A stretch of 63,653 nucleotides of DNA, filler included, from Choristocarpus tenellus KU-1152 (lineage: Eukaryota; Protista; Phaeophyceae), in NCBI GenBank assembly GCA_964200185.2. It is 12 parts of 12 records of this genome, joined end to end, with 100 filler letters (N's around TTAATTAATTAA, not from the genome) between each part and the next. Parts side by side here need not be neighbours in the genome. Positions count along the whole stretch, not along the records: positions 22,558 to 34,714 come from CAXNAD020001949.1; positions 34,815 to 40,829 come from CAXNAD020009163.1; 10 more parts are not named here. One strand, 5' to 3'. The notes under the pieces are model-generated. The model saw only the letters and a list, made by a program, of their open reading frames with translations, was not told where the DNA came from and did no database searches. The first letter of the stretch is position 1. Each line of letters opens with the position of its first letter. Positions 27,620 to 39,411 of the stretch are shown here, in pieces. The position numbers were made by a program, and so were the translations under genes.

Positions 27620-28588
27620 GCGTTTAGGCATACAACATAGAGAGTTTTCCACAAGTTTTCACGAAGAGCTTCAGTCAACACATGGTCAAAACCTTGGTCG
27701 GGTTGCCAAAGAGCATACCTTCGTTTGGGGTTCAAGGGCGCAGTGGGATCAATCAATGTGACCCACGTAAGGTGGGACAAATGTCCAGTACTTGATGCTA
27801 GGTCATACAAAGGAAAGTAAGGCTTCCTCACTCTGGTATATGAGGTCGCCGTTGACCATGGGTGTTTTTTGGGGGCAACTTTCAGCTTTCCAGGGACAAG
27901 AAATGATAAGACGATCATCTGCTACAACGACACCTTATCCAAGTCCGAATGAACAAGAGGTTTACAGACTTGGAGCACACTCTGTTCGATGCAGGCAGGA
28001 ATTGAGTAAACCCACAGAGGAGCATACCTCATCATCGATGGTGGCTACCACCAGGTCCATATGCACATGGGTGCCAAACACCTGCGCCTCAGCATTGTTT
28101 GTGAGGAATATTTTGGAGTTTATTCAGCTTAGTTTACCAAGATTCTGTGTGGATATTAATGAGCATAATGACGTGGCCAACAAGTTTGAAAACTATACAA
28201 CAAGGCTCAAAGTATCTGGGGGGGGGGGGGGGGGGGGGGGGGGCCCCCCCACCCGGTCCCCTTTTTTTNNNNNNNNNNGGGGGGGGGGGGGGGGGAGGGG
28301 TGGTGGCGACTGTCCATTCGGGATCCATTTTTTATATGACATGATTTTTTGATAATTTGGTTGCTTTGGAAGAGTCTCGTGCCTTCATACAAGGACAGAC
28401 ACACTGAGGACCAGCTGAAATGGAGTCAGTGTTTGGAGAGTGTGAGAAGGGACGCAGATTGCTTCTTTGGAGTACTCAAAGGCTGCTTCTGTATCCTGAA
28501 GTTGCCACTGGAGTTCTGGAGGGAGGAGAGAACCAACAACATATTCCATATGTGCTGTATCCACCAATATATACTTTGCACGGTATGA
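27620..28588 (+). pseudogene. Decayed PIF/Harbinger (Plant_tran / DDE_Tnp_4-like) transposase
   Basis: AYLRLGFKGAVGSINVTHVRWDKCP...YKGK*GFLTLVYEVAVDH...FPGTRNDKTI; GAYLIIDGGYHQ (about 28018-28054); WSQCLESVRRDADCFFGVLKGCFCILKLP...NIFHMCC. Has an in-frame stop and a MITE B insertion. Confidence 0.88.
28204..28365 (-). mobile_element. MITE family B partial copy nested in the Harbinger transposase
   Basis: GGCTCAAAGTATCTG(n)...GGTGGCGACTGTCCATTCGGG...ATTTGGTTGC. Confidence 0.75.
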
Positions 28589-28683
28589 TGGATTAGATCA
28601 GTTTCACCAGGGGGTGGACTGGAGTGAGAATGATAGCCTGCATGACGCTTTGTCGCTGATTTTTTTACCGAAGATAGTCGTAT

Positions 28684-28941
28684 GAGCCAAATTATCTTAG
28701 AGGGTACAGCCACGTCCATTTGGGGACCACAATTCAATGTTGCAATTTTGATGTGATTTTGACTATCATGTTTGTTAGGAGATGTCAATATCCTTGCCTG
28801 GACACTCCTTTTCATAGCGTATACATTTTACCTACTCCAAAAAGGTTTTGGAGTAGGTAAAATGTCAATAAAACCCATGGGAAGCCAAGCCCCACATGGA
28901 CGAACAGGACAAAATTCGTACCCTCTTAGATACTTTCACTC
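28684..28941 (+). mobile_element. MITE family A copy with perfect 4-bp TSD (GTAT)
   Basis: gtat-GAGCCAAATTATCTTAGAGGGTA...TACCCTCTTAGATACTTTCACTC-gtat. Confidence 0.9.
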
Positions 28942-31098
28942 GTATCGGGTGGGGGGGAGGTGGAACTGCAGAAAAAGATTAAGTAGAGGAGGATCTTTAT
29001 TCTCAGAGCGAGAAGTTGGTTGCCCTTTGGTTATATATAAATAGGTGTGGCCAGTTGAAGTGGCTCAGGAGTTCAACTATCCCTACAGGCACATAAATGT
29101 CCTGGGATCGTGGGGGTGGTGTTAGGGTTGAGGGAGTATTTAGAGGGGCAAGTGGAAGGAGAACATCAACAGGAGTGGTAGATGTCTTGTTCCTCGCCAA
29201 GCTCAATACTTGACATATTGTATGCCTTGCAATGAACACAACACAATAAAGCTTTTCTAAATCAAAGTCAAGTGTCCAAAAGCACCTCCTGTGAAGAAGC
29301 ATTGCCATTTTGACAGGAAACGGCTAACTCAGGATGGCTGAGTAGGATGTCATAGCAAGCCATAAAGGGCTGTTCCTGTGTTCGAAGAGACTGAGGATAC
29401 AGAAAAAAACGATTTCAGCTGACCTGAGTTACGTGTCTGTATATTCAATGTCAAGATTATTCTTGACCATTTGTGAGAATAATATTCAAAGTAATCTTTT
29501 ATGTACGCACAGACGATGATGTGGGACATTAGGGATATTTAGGTGGGGTACTTGACCAGAAGAAATTAGCAAAATGTTAAAGTCGGAGTGTTTTTGACAT
29601 GTGTTTGAGAACTGTTTGATTCATTTGGTATTCAGAGCCATTTAATGTAAGGTTTGGTAAGCGCCATCTGGTGACGGTGTTTCACTCTCTTCTCAACTTT
29701 GATACAAGGTAATAAACAATAATATAACTGGTTGTGTGGGACAACAGATCGTCAAGGACAGCTTAACATTCGATATTTCGAATATCTAAATTGTACACCA
29801 CACTAATGGCCAAACCATCCCCTTCTCCGTTTTTGGATCCCTACCCCCCAGAGCCCACCCTCAATTGAGGCATGTCGGTCAACAAGGGATGGCATTTTGA
29901 CATGGATACAGATGTCATTTTCGATTTCTTTCCTTAAGGCATGTTTGGTGTACTAGTTGGCCAGACGTGCCTTAAATTAGACAGGCATGCCATGCTTGGG
30001 GTGGCTGAAGCTCTGTGTCTGGTCACAGACAGGTAGACTGTGCCCTTCCTTTGTAACTCCTGCACACTTGCTCATGCTGTGCACAGCGAAAGGCCACTGT
30101 CTCGTTCCTGCTGCCCCATTGGGACCACCAAACTCCACCAGTCATAAATGTCCATGTCAATACTACATTCATGGGATATGTAGCACCACGGATCCAGATG
30201 AAACAATGATATGTGGCATAATATTTCGTGAAGGAAGGGAAGAGTGATTAGGGTAGCAGTGACGATGAGCCCATCGTTGCGTCAATAACGTGTTCTCCTC
30301 CTATTCGAAACAGCTTTCTTGTTACCAAAACGTTACAGCTGTCCAGTACGGGGTAGACTTTGGAAGGAAAGTGCCTCCAACACGGTTGGGGGCAGTAGAA
30401 TTGTTACAGGCGCCCCTCAATGCTCACCTTTCCAGGATGTACAAGTCAAGTCCAATTCCCAGATTATCGAACATCAGCTCAGCAGAACAGGGGTACTCTT
30501 AATTGATTCAATCAGTATAAAAAGTATATAAAGTTTTGCATCAGTTAAAAGTGCCTTATGTGGCTTTCTCTGTTAGGTCAGAATAACTGAGCTGATTTGA
30601 GCCGATTTTAGGACCTCTAATCATCATTTGCGTTTTAGGGGGGGTTTCGGTTTCGTAAATACTGGTATGTATCTCAGAACCCTTTCCGACCATTCATCCA
30701 TGACCCTCTGCAACTACCCGAGTTACAGTCTATTCTGCAACTTTTAGGCAAATCGGAGTTCCCCATTTTGGGGTTCCCCACGCATGTATACTGCTTGTGC
30801 GAGTTAAAGCGCAGGAAGAAATACTCGCGTTATTCACCTGTAACATGCCCCCCAGCTTGAACTAGGTATACATTTTTCACGCTTACTACAGGCGACTGTC
30901 ACCGGTTAAGACAATAGATATTAACTGTTACCTTAGATCACGCTCTAGCAGCATGAGTTAGTTGCCATCAAGCAAAAGAGGGGCTCCAGTTCCAAACTCG
31001 TCAGTTGTTTCCAGCCCAGGGACCTCGGTTCCAAATTCCAGATAGTTCCAACCAATGATTTGACATATCTCCCAGTTTCTTCTTGAGAACATTTCCTC

Positions 31099-31880
31099 AA
31101 AAGTCTTAAGACACAGTCAAAATCAATAAATGTCTGAGCTAATCAGAGTATATATTTTTGTTAAAAATATGTAACTTCAACTAGGTCCGGAATCGATCAA
31201 CTCATATCCATGTTTTTCTTGGGATAATTTATCCTAAGAGGCACAGAATATAATTTGCATCTCGGCTAGTCTGAGTATGTACTTGCTCTTTCTAAAACAT
31301 CTTCAAAAATTGCAAAGAATACATCTCTGACATGGCCTAATATGAATGGGACCCCAGTTCCGATCACCTTAATCATAAATGATTCATCTCCACAATTCTT
31401 TTTTAAAAGAGTCCATCCACAAGGTCATAGGATGTACTCGTATTCAAGTTGTGTCTGTCTAATCTAAATATGCCTATTATTTTTTTCTCGGACTTCAGGA
31501 AAACAAAATGGAGAAAATAAGAATATCCAAAAATAAATCAAAAGAAGAATATTATAACGACATTTACTACAAGGGATTGTTACTGGTGAAGACAATAGAC
31601 ATCCTCTGGTTTCCTTCGACAATGGATCCTCAAAAGTCGTAAGTCACAGTCAAGATTAACATATGTCTGACCAGATAAGAGTATATACTTCTAATTAAAA
31701 AATACATATAACTCCAACTAGCCTCAAAACAGGTCGGTAAATATCCTTGTCTACCCTGGGAAAAAATTCCAAGGTCACAGAATAACATCAGAGTCAGATT
31801 GCCCCTGACCTAGTCCGAGTATACCTTGTTTATTTTGAACTGGACCTTCAAAGGTTACAAAATACATAACTGTGATTAGG
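31099..31880. repeat. Diverged about 240-bp direct repeats (31099-31335 and 31633-31880)
   Basis: Shared AAAGTC.TAAG.CACAGTCAA...ATGTCTGA...AGAGTATATA...AACT.CAACTAG...ATATCC.TGT...CACAGAATA...CTAGTC.GAGTAT...CTTCAAA. Confidence 0.6.
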
Positions 31881-32589
31881 CATACAATTCACATGTCTTC
31901 TGTTCTAATCTTCCCGGTGTTATATAAATGTAAGTGCTATCAAAAATTAGGCTTATACTATTCATGACCTACACAGCATCTGATTATTGCCTGCCCTATG
32001 CCCCCCATGCACAAAGCATACTCAAGGCTGCTAGTGTACAAAAACAGGCAATGAAAAAATAAAGAAATAAAGAAATAAAGGTCAATGAGAGCAGCAAACA
32101 GTACTAATAATAAATAAGGAGAAGAGATAAAGATAAAATGAGCAATAAATATAAAATAAATAATAAAAAAGTGTGGATGATGAGGGTAAGAATAGTAAAT
32201 CAAATAAAATAAAAACAGAAAAGAAAAAGTCAGTAAATTAGGAGGGTAACAACTATGAAAAGAAAATGAAATTCAAAATGAGGGGGTGATGGGATGAGAA
32301 CTAAAAATAAATAACATTAGAAAAACATAAGGATTAAAGATCACAGAGAGTTGTTACAAAATAGAAAAGAGGAAAATAAAATAAAAATAAAAAGTAGTGA
32401 ATTCAGTGTTCATATTTTCCAAGAACTTCAACCTATACAACCAATGTATAATACTGTGTGCTGCAATGTGGGCAGCTTCATTTTAACTTCTGCTGTCTCA
32501 CATTCCTTTCAGTTACTTATGATTTTCAATACTTTAATCTCTTGTTCTAGCATGTATCAGCTGAACCTCACCTTGTCCTTCAGGCATAC

Positions 32590-34120
32590 AGTTGTTACCT
32601 GCTGGAAGGTTTTCTGGAGGAGGTACTCATCTCTCTCCTGCCGAATTCCTCCTTACCTCCATCCTTCAACCATACCCTCCAGTGGGGTGACTTGAACTCA
32701 AAAACTGGACCCTGTCCTACCAGTCTCTTCAGCTTTCATCCATCCAAAATGTTTGACACTAGTACCTACAGGGAAGAGACGTAACACATCCTCTCGAGGC
32801 AAGAGTTGTTCTTGGGTGGGAACATTAGTTGGACATGGTCTTGTGTTAGGGTTGTGAAGGTCCCAGAAGGCATGATAAACATCCAACTGTAGTAAGTTAA
32901 AGCTGTTCATTTCTTCTGTTTAGTTACCTAGTCTAACAACTATCCATCTTAGGAATTTCCGTTGTACCACAATGCCTTTTGCTAAGGTCTGACAAGGGTA
33001 CATTGTTACTGCTCGATCTAGGTGTTGGGATGTTGACAAAAGGTACCCATGGTGGTAGTGGTGATGGTTGGGAGCATTGGCCTTCTCAAAATGGCAGTTC
33101 ATTCTAGTGTTGTCTAAAACATTTTGTACCTAAAAATAATTTCGTATGGCAGCCCCACCATTATCCTAAAAGTCACATTGCGTACATTTCCTCCGGGGAA
33201 AACGCTATTAGAAGTTTGCATGACCTCAGTACCAGCACAGGTAGAATATTGCACCCTCTAGGTTTGCTGCATTTAAGGTACCTTTGCCTGCCATGTTGAG
33301 CTGTGGTACGCAATTTTCACAAAAATAGATGAGACCTGCACCTGTGTCAAGGAGTACCTGGGCAAGCATTCTCGAGTGGACTCTATGTGGGTGGCATGGC
33401 AGGGCATATGTCGATACTTGGGTAGTACCATAGGCCGGTGTCATGGTAAATATTATCGAGGTGAAAACTAAAGTCTAAATGTCTATAGATGGAATGACAT
33501 GGATTGCTGGGGCTTCAGGCTCCATGGCGCAACTTCAAGACGACTCTGAGACATCCGAAACGGTTGGGCTTCTCGCGGATAGTGGAGAAAGTTTCGAGTA
33601 TTGCATCGCCGCTAGGTATCGGAGATTCGTTTCTATTAAGGCTACCATCGAACGAGACACTGCAGTAGATTGAGTACCAGGAGGTCCTCGGTGGGTTCCC
33701 GAAAGGTATGAGTGGATTCCTCTGGGAACTAACGAGTGGCATTACGTATACCTGCACTCGTCAGTTATAGACGTGAAGCAGTCTTGACTACGGGCATGAT
33801 GAAAGCAACTTGGTGTGCCTTTAGTCTTATGTGGCCTTCGTCTTGTGGAGGTAGAAGATGGAAGTAAGCCTTTGCCCAAATCGTGCCGACTTCTGTCGTT
33901 CGTCCTGTCTGTGGCTAAAGCAGGTGGGGATCAAAGCACAGGCTGGGGAACGGATGTGACTGGTCGAACGGGTTTTGATGCCTTGCTTTTTTTGGGAACG
34001 AAAGGGGTACTGTGTTTGTTGGGAACGGGAGAAGGTTCGGACTTTAAGGCTGCACAGTACAATGTAGGTTTTGCAGCATTTTTGATTGGCTGGGATAAAT
34101 CGGTCACTTCGATTGGATAA
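32590..34120 (-). mobile_element. Internally deleted, decayed Ty3/gypsy-type retrotransposon (gag-like region, protease, pol C-terminus)
   Basis: Retropepsin motif VLLDTGAG at about 33340-33360. A Pro/Ser-rich gag-like frame with few stops lies upstream. Downstream is SFNLLQLDVYHAFWDL...LRLFPVGTSVKHF...FEFKSPHWRV. No RT motif seen between them. Confidence 0.65.
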
Positions 34121-34486
34121 CTCTTTTATGAAATCAATAATCCGTTATGGTTTAATTCGACGGTTTACTATCTTGTTCCCCAAAGGCTCTTCGAAAATCC
34201 TAGTGGGTGAATTTGGCTTCTAATCTGTAGAGAAAAAATACAAAACATAATATATATTAGAGAAGAGATATTAATTTGGTATAATAGGCAGGAGTTGGGC
34301 TTGTTTGTACAAATCAACCAAGTAAGTTGGTCGTCGCCTATATATCCCCTCCCAAACGAGCCTTGCATATATGGGGCATTCGCAAGTCTACCGTATACGC
34401 TCGATAGTGGAAAGCTAGGCTATGGTCGCAGCCTTCCGAGTTACACCTTTCTCTCTCTTAATAAAAAATGAATAACACATGGCAAC

Positions 34487-34630
34487 CTTCAACACGATTT
34501 CGGCTCGCCATCCAAAAAAAGGGTGCATTCTCTCACCGAAATATGAACCCATCCGTTGCCGTAACGTCGTCTCAACGGAACTGTAAGAGCTTTCCTTTGA
34601 TGCGTGGGACGTCGATTGCAGACGAAGCAC
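34487..34630 (-). CDS. Candidate isolated exon of unknown gene (possibly 5' part of the PDZ-protein gene)
   Basis: cctttcag|VLRLQSTSHASKESS...GWRAEIVLK|gt; 144 nt, open, CpG-rich; no family recognised. Confidence 0.3.
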
Positions 34631-34960
34631 CTGAAAGGACCGCTGTGTGTCCTAAGAAAGTCGAGCAAGAGTCTTCGACGAGCTCGATGTGGAAAGGGGT
34701 GAAGTTGTTGATGCNNNNNNNNNNNNNNNNNNNNNNNNNNNNNNNNNNNNNNNNNNNNTTAATTAATTAANNNNNNNNNNNNNNNNNNNNNNNNNNNNNN
34801 NNNNNNNNNNNNNNCCCCCCCCTTCCAGATACTTTGAGTCAGCAAGATCTCAAAAATTCTAAACGCACCAATACATGATTCTTAACTGATTTTTGTGTCT
34901 TTGGATGGGGCAGAATAGAGCCAGCAGTAAATGTAATGGATGTGTCTTTTTCCACTAGAG

Positions 34961-37503
34961 TAGGTGTACCTATATAAGAGAGGGTAGGGGCAAGCAAAAA
35001 CCCCTCTCTTATATCCCGACCCTCTCTTGTTGTATATATTAGCGCTTATCTCTTAAACCTACGGGTCGTAATAAGAGGAACCTATTATATATTGAGGAAA
35101 AGTGGTCGTAGGCACCTTACACTTGTCCCCGAACGACGACAGGGCGACGCCCTTGCTGAATGTGCTTTCCATGTGCCTTCAAGAGTGGTTACATGTAGGG
35201 ATGTATTGAACATTGCTCTTGGTGAGCCCATTTCGATGGAGCTGTGGTGGTGGTGCAGCAAGCACCACATCTACACCACTCCTCCACAGTATCCCAGTTT
35301 CATATGTATACCGTATTGTAACTTGGGTAAAATTACACCCATTACGATGTATTCACTCATATGTATAGTACACCTTCCCAAGCAAAGCATCCGCAAGCCA
35401 TTGGATGTCTGGACAGACGACTCGTAGTTCAAATCAAATCAACGTTCAAAGCCAATCTCCCTCCAATACCCTGCCCTACGTATTCAATTGCACTCTACAA
35501 GGATATTATACAATACTGTATCAAAAACATCACCATAAATCAAATATAGCTGTACCGCCATGCATCTCCCATCCCACGCACTGAGTAAAACAACATATTC
35601 GCTGATAGAAAATCGCGACTGCCAAAAAAACTCTAATGTCCGCTTATTTGATTGCCCTTGTCCCGATTGCGCTGAGCCAAGCCAGCTTTACTTTCCGGAG
35701 ATGGGACGAAACATTGTTCATGCTGCACTCTTCAGTGGTTGTTTCTATGCTTGCAAACTCGTCAGCTACTTGAGACTACGATGGTGGAGGAATCGAGAAC
35801 ACTGAAGAGGCTGCTCCTTTCCTCATGGCCCCCGATGCGCTGCCCTCTCCCATACACCCATCGTCATCCTTGTCACCTGAGCTTTCATTGTCTTACTGGT
35901 ACAAGATTTTCTCGGGAAGCTGGTCTTTCATGTCCTCTAGTGTCGCATTGGCCACTTCATTGTTGTCTTTCAAACCGATCCACGCTCTTGCTGTGTTGAT
36001 GGAAGCCTGAGGCGGCTTTCTGTCGGGTTTGAGGTGCAGAACGTCCAGAGCATTATTAGAGAGATCCTCATTAATATATAGGGAAACCTTGTGTGGGATG
36101 TTACCTATATGAAAAAAGATGACCACCTATGATACTACAGTACACAATACAGACATTAAAGTACGACAGAAACGAGCGCAATAAATAAAAAATCATGATC
36201 TTCATAGGCAGACAGGGCATAAAGACAATTAATTCAATCACGATCACAATCAATCTACTTTCAGACTTTCAATCCACACGCTGACGCACCTCGGTATGTT
36301 TGGCGCCCCTCGTAGACTTGGTTTCAGGCCTTAGCGTCTGTGCCTTCTACATGATGGTTTTCCCCTCCTTCTTCAACTTGTAGAGGTTGTTGTGACCGAT
36401 TCCAATCTTTTGAGTAACCGTAGTTCCCGTCATGGTGATGACCCAAAGTATATAGGGGGGGGGGGGGGGATCTATACCAGGGTGTCCATTTGGCCCAAAA
36501 CCAGGAAAAGTGCATTTACATTATCCATCCGACGTANNNNNNNNNNCCCCTTCTCCCTTTCTTTTTTTGGGAAACCGTTTTCCCCTGGTGGGGATCCCCA
36601 AAAGTTTGGGGGGGGGGGGGGGGGATCTATACCAGGGTGTCCATTTGGCCCATAACCAGGAAAAGTGCATTTACATTATCCATCCGACGTACGAAACCAT
36701 ATCACCCAAAAATCGCGACATGGAAAAATCGACACCAAATGGACAGTCGTCATCCCCCCCAGATACTTCGAACCAGTCTCCAGGAGATTCAATGTTTCCA
36801 CCTTCTCTCCAAAGCTCCAGCGTTTACGATTGTCGGCACCGTGAGGCTTGTAGAACGCGGCTTTCTCCGTAGATATATTTTGCAGCACCTTCCCCTTCCC
36901 CTTGTTCTTGTTATCATGGTGCTTCGACGCCGTGTTGTCAGCGGCTGGAGGACTGGAAGCCTTGCGCTCGGTGGGACTCACGCAAAATTTCCACACGCGT
37001 TTCATTTTGCTGGCACCAAATAAATGGATTTGCAACGCCGCAAATGCCATGAAGATAGTCGCTACAATGCGACACTTACGGCATGTATGTATAGTGTGGT
37101 GGACCAGGAGTATTACCCTGTATGCTGCACTGGCTCCTGCTGCGCAGGGCATCGTTGTATCTGTACAATGTAGTGTTCTAAACCTTGATCTGATATACTG
37201 TATATGCTCTATTGTGCAGTGCTGAGAGACAAAAGAAGACTGCATGTTGTGTACTCCTGGTGTCGAGCACCTTCGTGTCATACTTTGTTATAATTTTGGT
37301 TAGCTTTAGACATGGCTATTTGTGAAACCCCTCCGTGAAGCAGTAGTACGAAAAAAACCCCAAGTTTGTTTGATATAAGAGAGGATTAGGAGGGAAAAGC
37401 CGAAACCTCTCTTATACCCTAAAAAGTCGTGACAAGGCAATTTACCCTCTCTTCTTGTATCCCATTTTCTCTGATATCGGCCTCTCTTATATAGGCGTAG
37501 CTG
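34961..37503 (-). mobile_element. pogo/Tigger-like (CENP-B HTH) DNA transposon, internally deleted and decayed
   Basis: Inverted ends CCTATATAAGAGAGG (34969-34983) / CCTCTCTTATATAGG (37481-37495) with repeated sub-terminal ATAAGAG boxes. ORF from ATG 37005: RKRWSFGEKVETLNLLET|ITMTGTTVTQKIGIG..LYKLKK..I*...RGAKHTE (CENP-B N-terminal HTH). C-terminal HLRKVKLAWL...K*ADIRVF. DDE core absent. Confidence 0.75.
36440..36774 (+). mobile_element. MITE family B inserted in the pogo HTH coding region (left end duplicated around a small N gap)
   Basis: GACCCAAAGTATATAGGGG...CCCCCCCAGATACTTCGAACC. Confidence 0.85.
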
Positions 37504-39411
37504 CTATATTATATCCTTTGAAACTAGCTTGTCCTTACTACAACCCAAATGCCACACAAGGTGGTATTTACCTTTGTACGGACTGGGTGGCTCAAGAAGA
37601 GTAGAAGTTTCTTATAACGTAGTAATCTATTTATTATAATTATTCTTCACACACGAAACGCGATATTATTCATTTGAGTATGAGGTCTGTGGATATTTTG
37701 CGTTACACATAGAACACAACATATGTCATACCCCTAACGAAAAATAATCTAAAAAAACGACAAATGCAGAGTTGCATCTTAAGCATCGCAAATATGTCCA
37801 GAATTCGGCTTTTAGAAACAAATGCGCCAACAATATTATTATAATTATGTTGAAAAGGCTCAAACAATAGAAAAATCAACCCTCTCACTTCAAACTAAGT
37901 ACTAATCCATGAAATATGTGTGGATTGAAAAAGATTGAAGATGTAGGTTGAAACGCAAAACCGCCAAAGTAACATAGAGGTCCACTATGATCCTCCCAAA
38001 GATACATCACGACGACCAACAATCTTACTTTCCTAACATTATTAGACGATATACTCGCATCAAGCGATACAGAAAATTCTACACGTACTAGAAATAACGA
38101 TACATGTGACACAGTAGAATGATTTCAACTTTGGAAATAATCACTTCCACACAAAGAAGGGTCACAGAAAATACCTCTTCTACTGTTTTCTATAGTCGTA
38201 GATGTGGTCTCGATGAGGTTTTACGATGTGTATATCCATGTGTGAGCCTAATGTTGAAGGAAGGTAGGCAGGGGCTTGAACAAACAATAGTCACTAGCGT
38301 CGTTCCAATTGTACACATCAGGAAGAGTTACGAATAGAAGGTATGACAACATGCATGTTTGATGCAATTTGTACCTTCAACACCATCCTTCCACTGTGCA
38401 GAGAAATATCTTGATCTGAATTGATGTGAAACAAGTGCGATGCTGGCAACGTGGGACAAAGACGATCCCATATCCATTCTTTCAAATCTCTATTATGATG
38501 AAAGAACAGTGGGCATTTGATAGTCCAAGGAGATGCTTAAGATGAGGAAATGGACAACAATCCCTTTAGCATACTTGGCCAATAATGTATAGACTTACCT
38601 ATCTCCAGGAGTACTATAATGAGAAGAGCACTAGATCGCCAATAAATCTGTAATTGTGTGTGGTAATGGATCATACAAGGCGCAATATATATATAATTAC
38701 GGTCTGCTGCCTATTATTGACCAGTTCTATTACTACCAACCCATCATACATGTATTACGTTTCTTCCCTCCTTGTCCTCACTAAAATAACTGTGGCAGAT
38801 TAGATTTTCCCAAACCAGGTAACATGGGGAGCATACATACATGTGACAAACCTTGTCCCAACGTTCAGAACTGTTTCTAATACACACATACATCACGCAC
38901 ACTATCCCATCTTATGCAACACATCACTCCCCAGCCGGAAGCGATTGTTATCTAGTAGTTAGCAGCTATACATAAACTCTATCCTACAACGTGCATGGCG
39001 TAAGAAAATGAGAAATCTCTTCCTCCGGAGTAGAAGCGTGCCAAAAACGTTTTGCTTTTCGTAGTGTTCCATGCTCCCATGCAGAACCACTGACCCCAAC
39101 GCAAGAATAATCCAATCATGGCAATGAATGGCACAAGAGGTCAACAAGTCAGCTGACATTACCAAGCAATCTCGCATCTACACCCCAGCGAAACAAACCC
39201 GACTTTTCTCCACAATAAAACAAGGTACGATGCCAAAATATCGAAGCCTGCCCCCCCCCCCCCCCACAAAAAAAAAATGGCGGATGTCGCTTAACACCCA
39301 ACACTCCTCGCCCACCCTTTTTGTCGTCCCCCCCNNNNNNNCCCCCCCCCAAAAAAAAAAGATTGGCGTGACTGCTATCTACGGCCATCGCTCGCTGCCC
39401 ACTCTGTTTCT

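Noticed and set aside
36440-36660. Tandem MITE B dimer
   Set aside because: The two near-identical left ends flank a 10-N gap; probably a gap-filling artefact.
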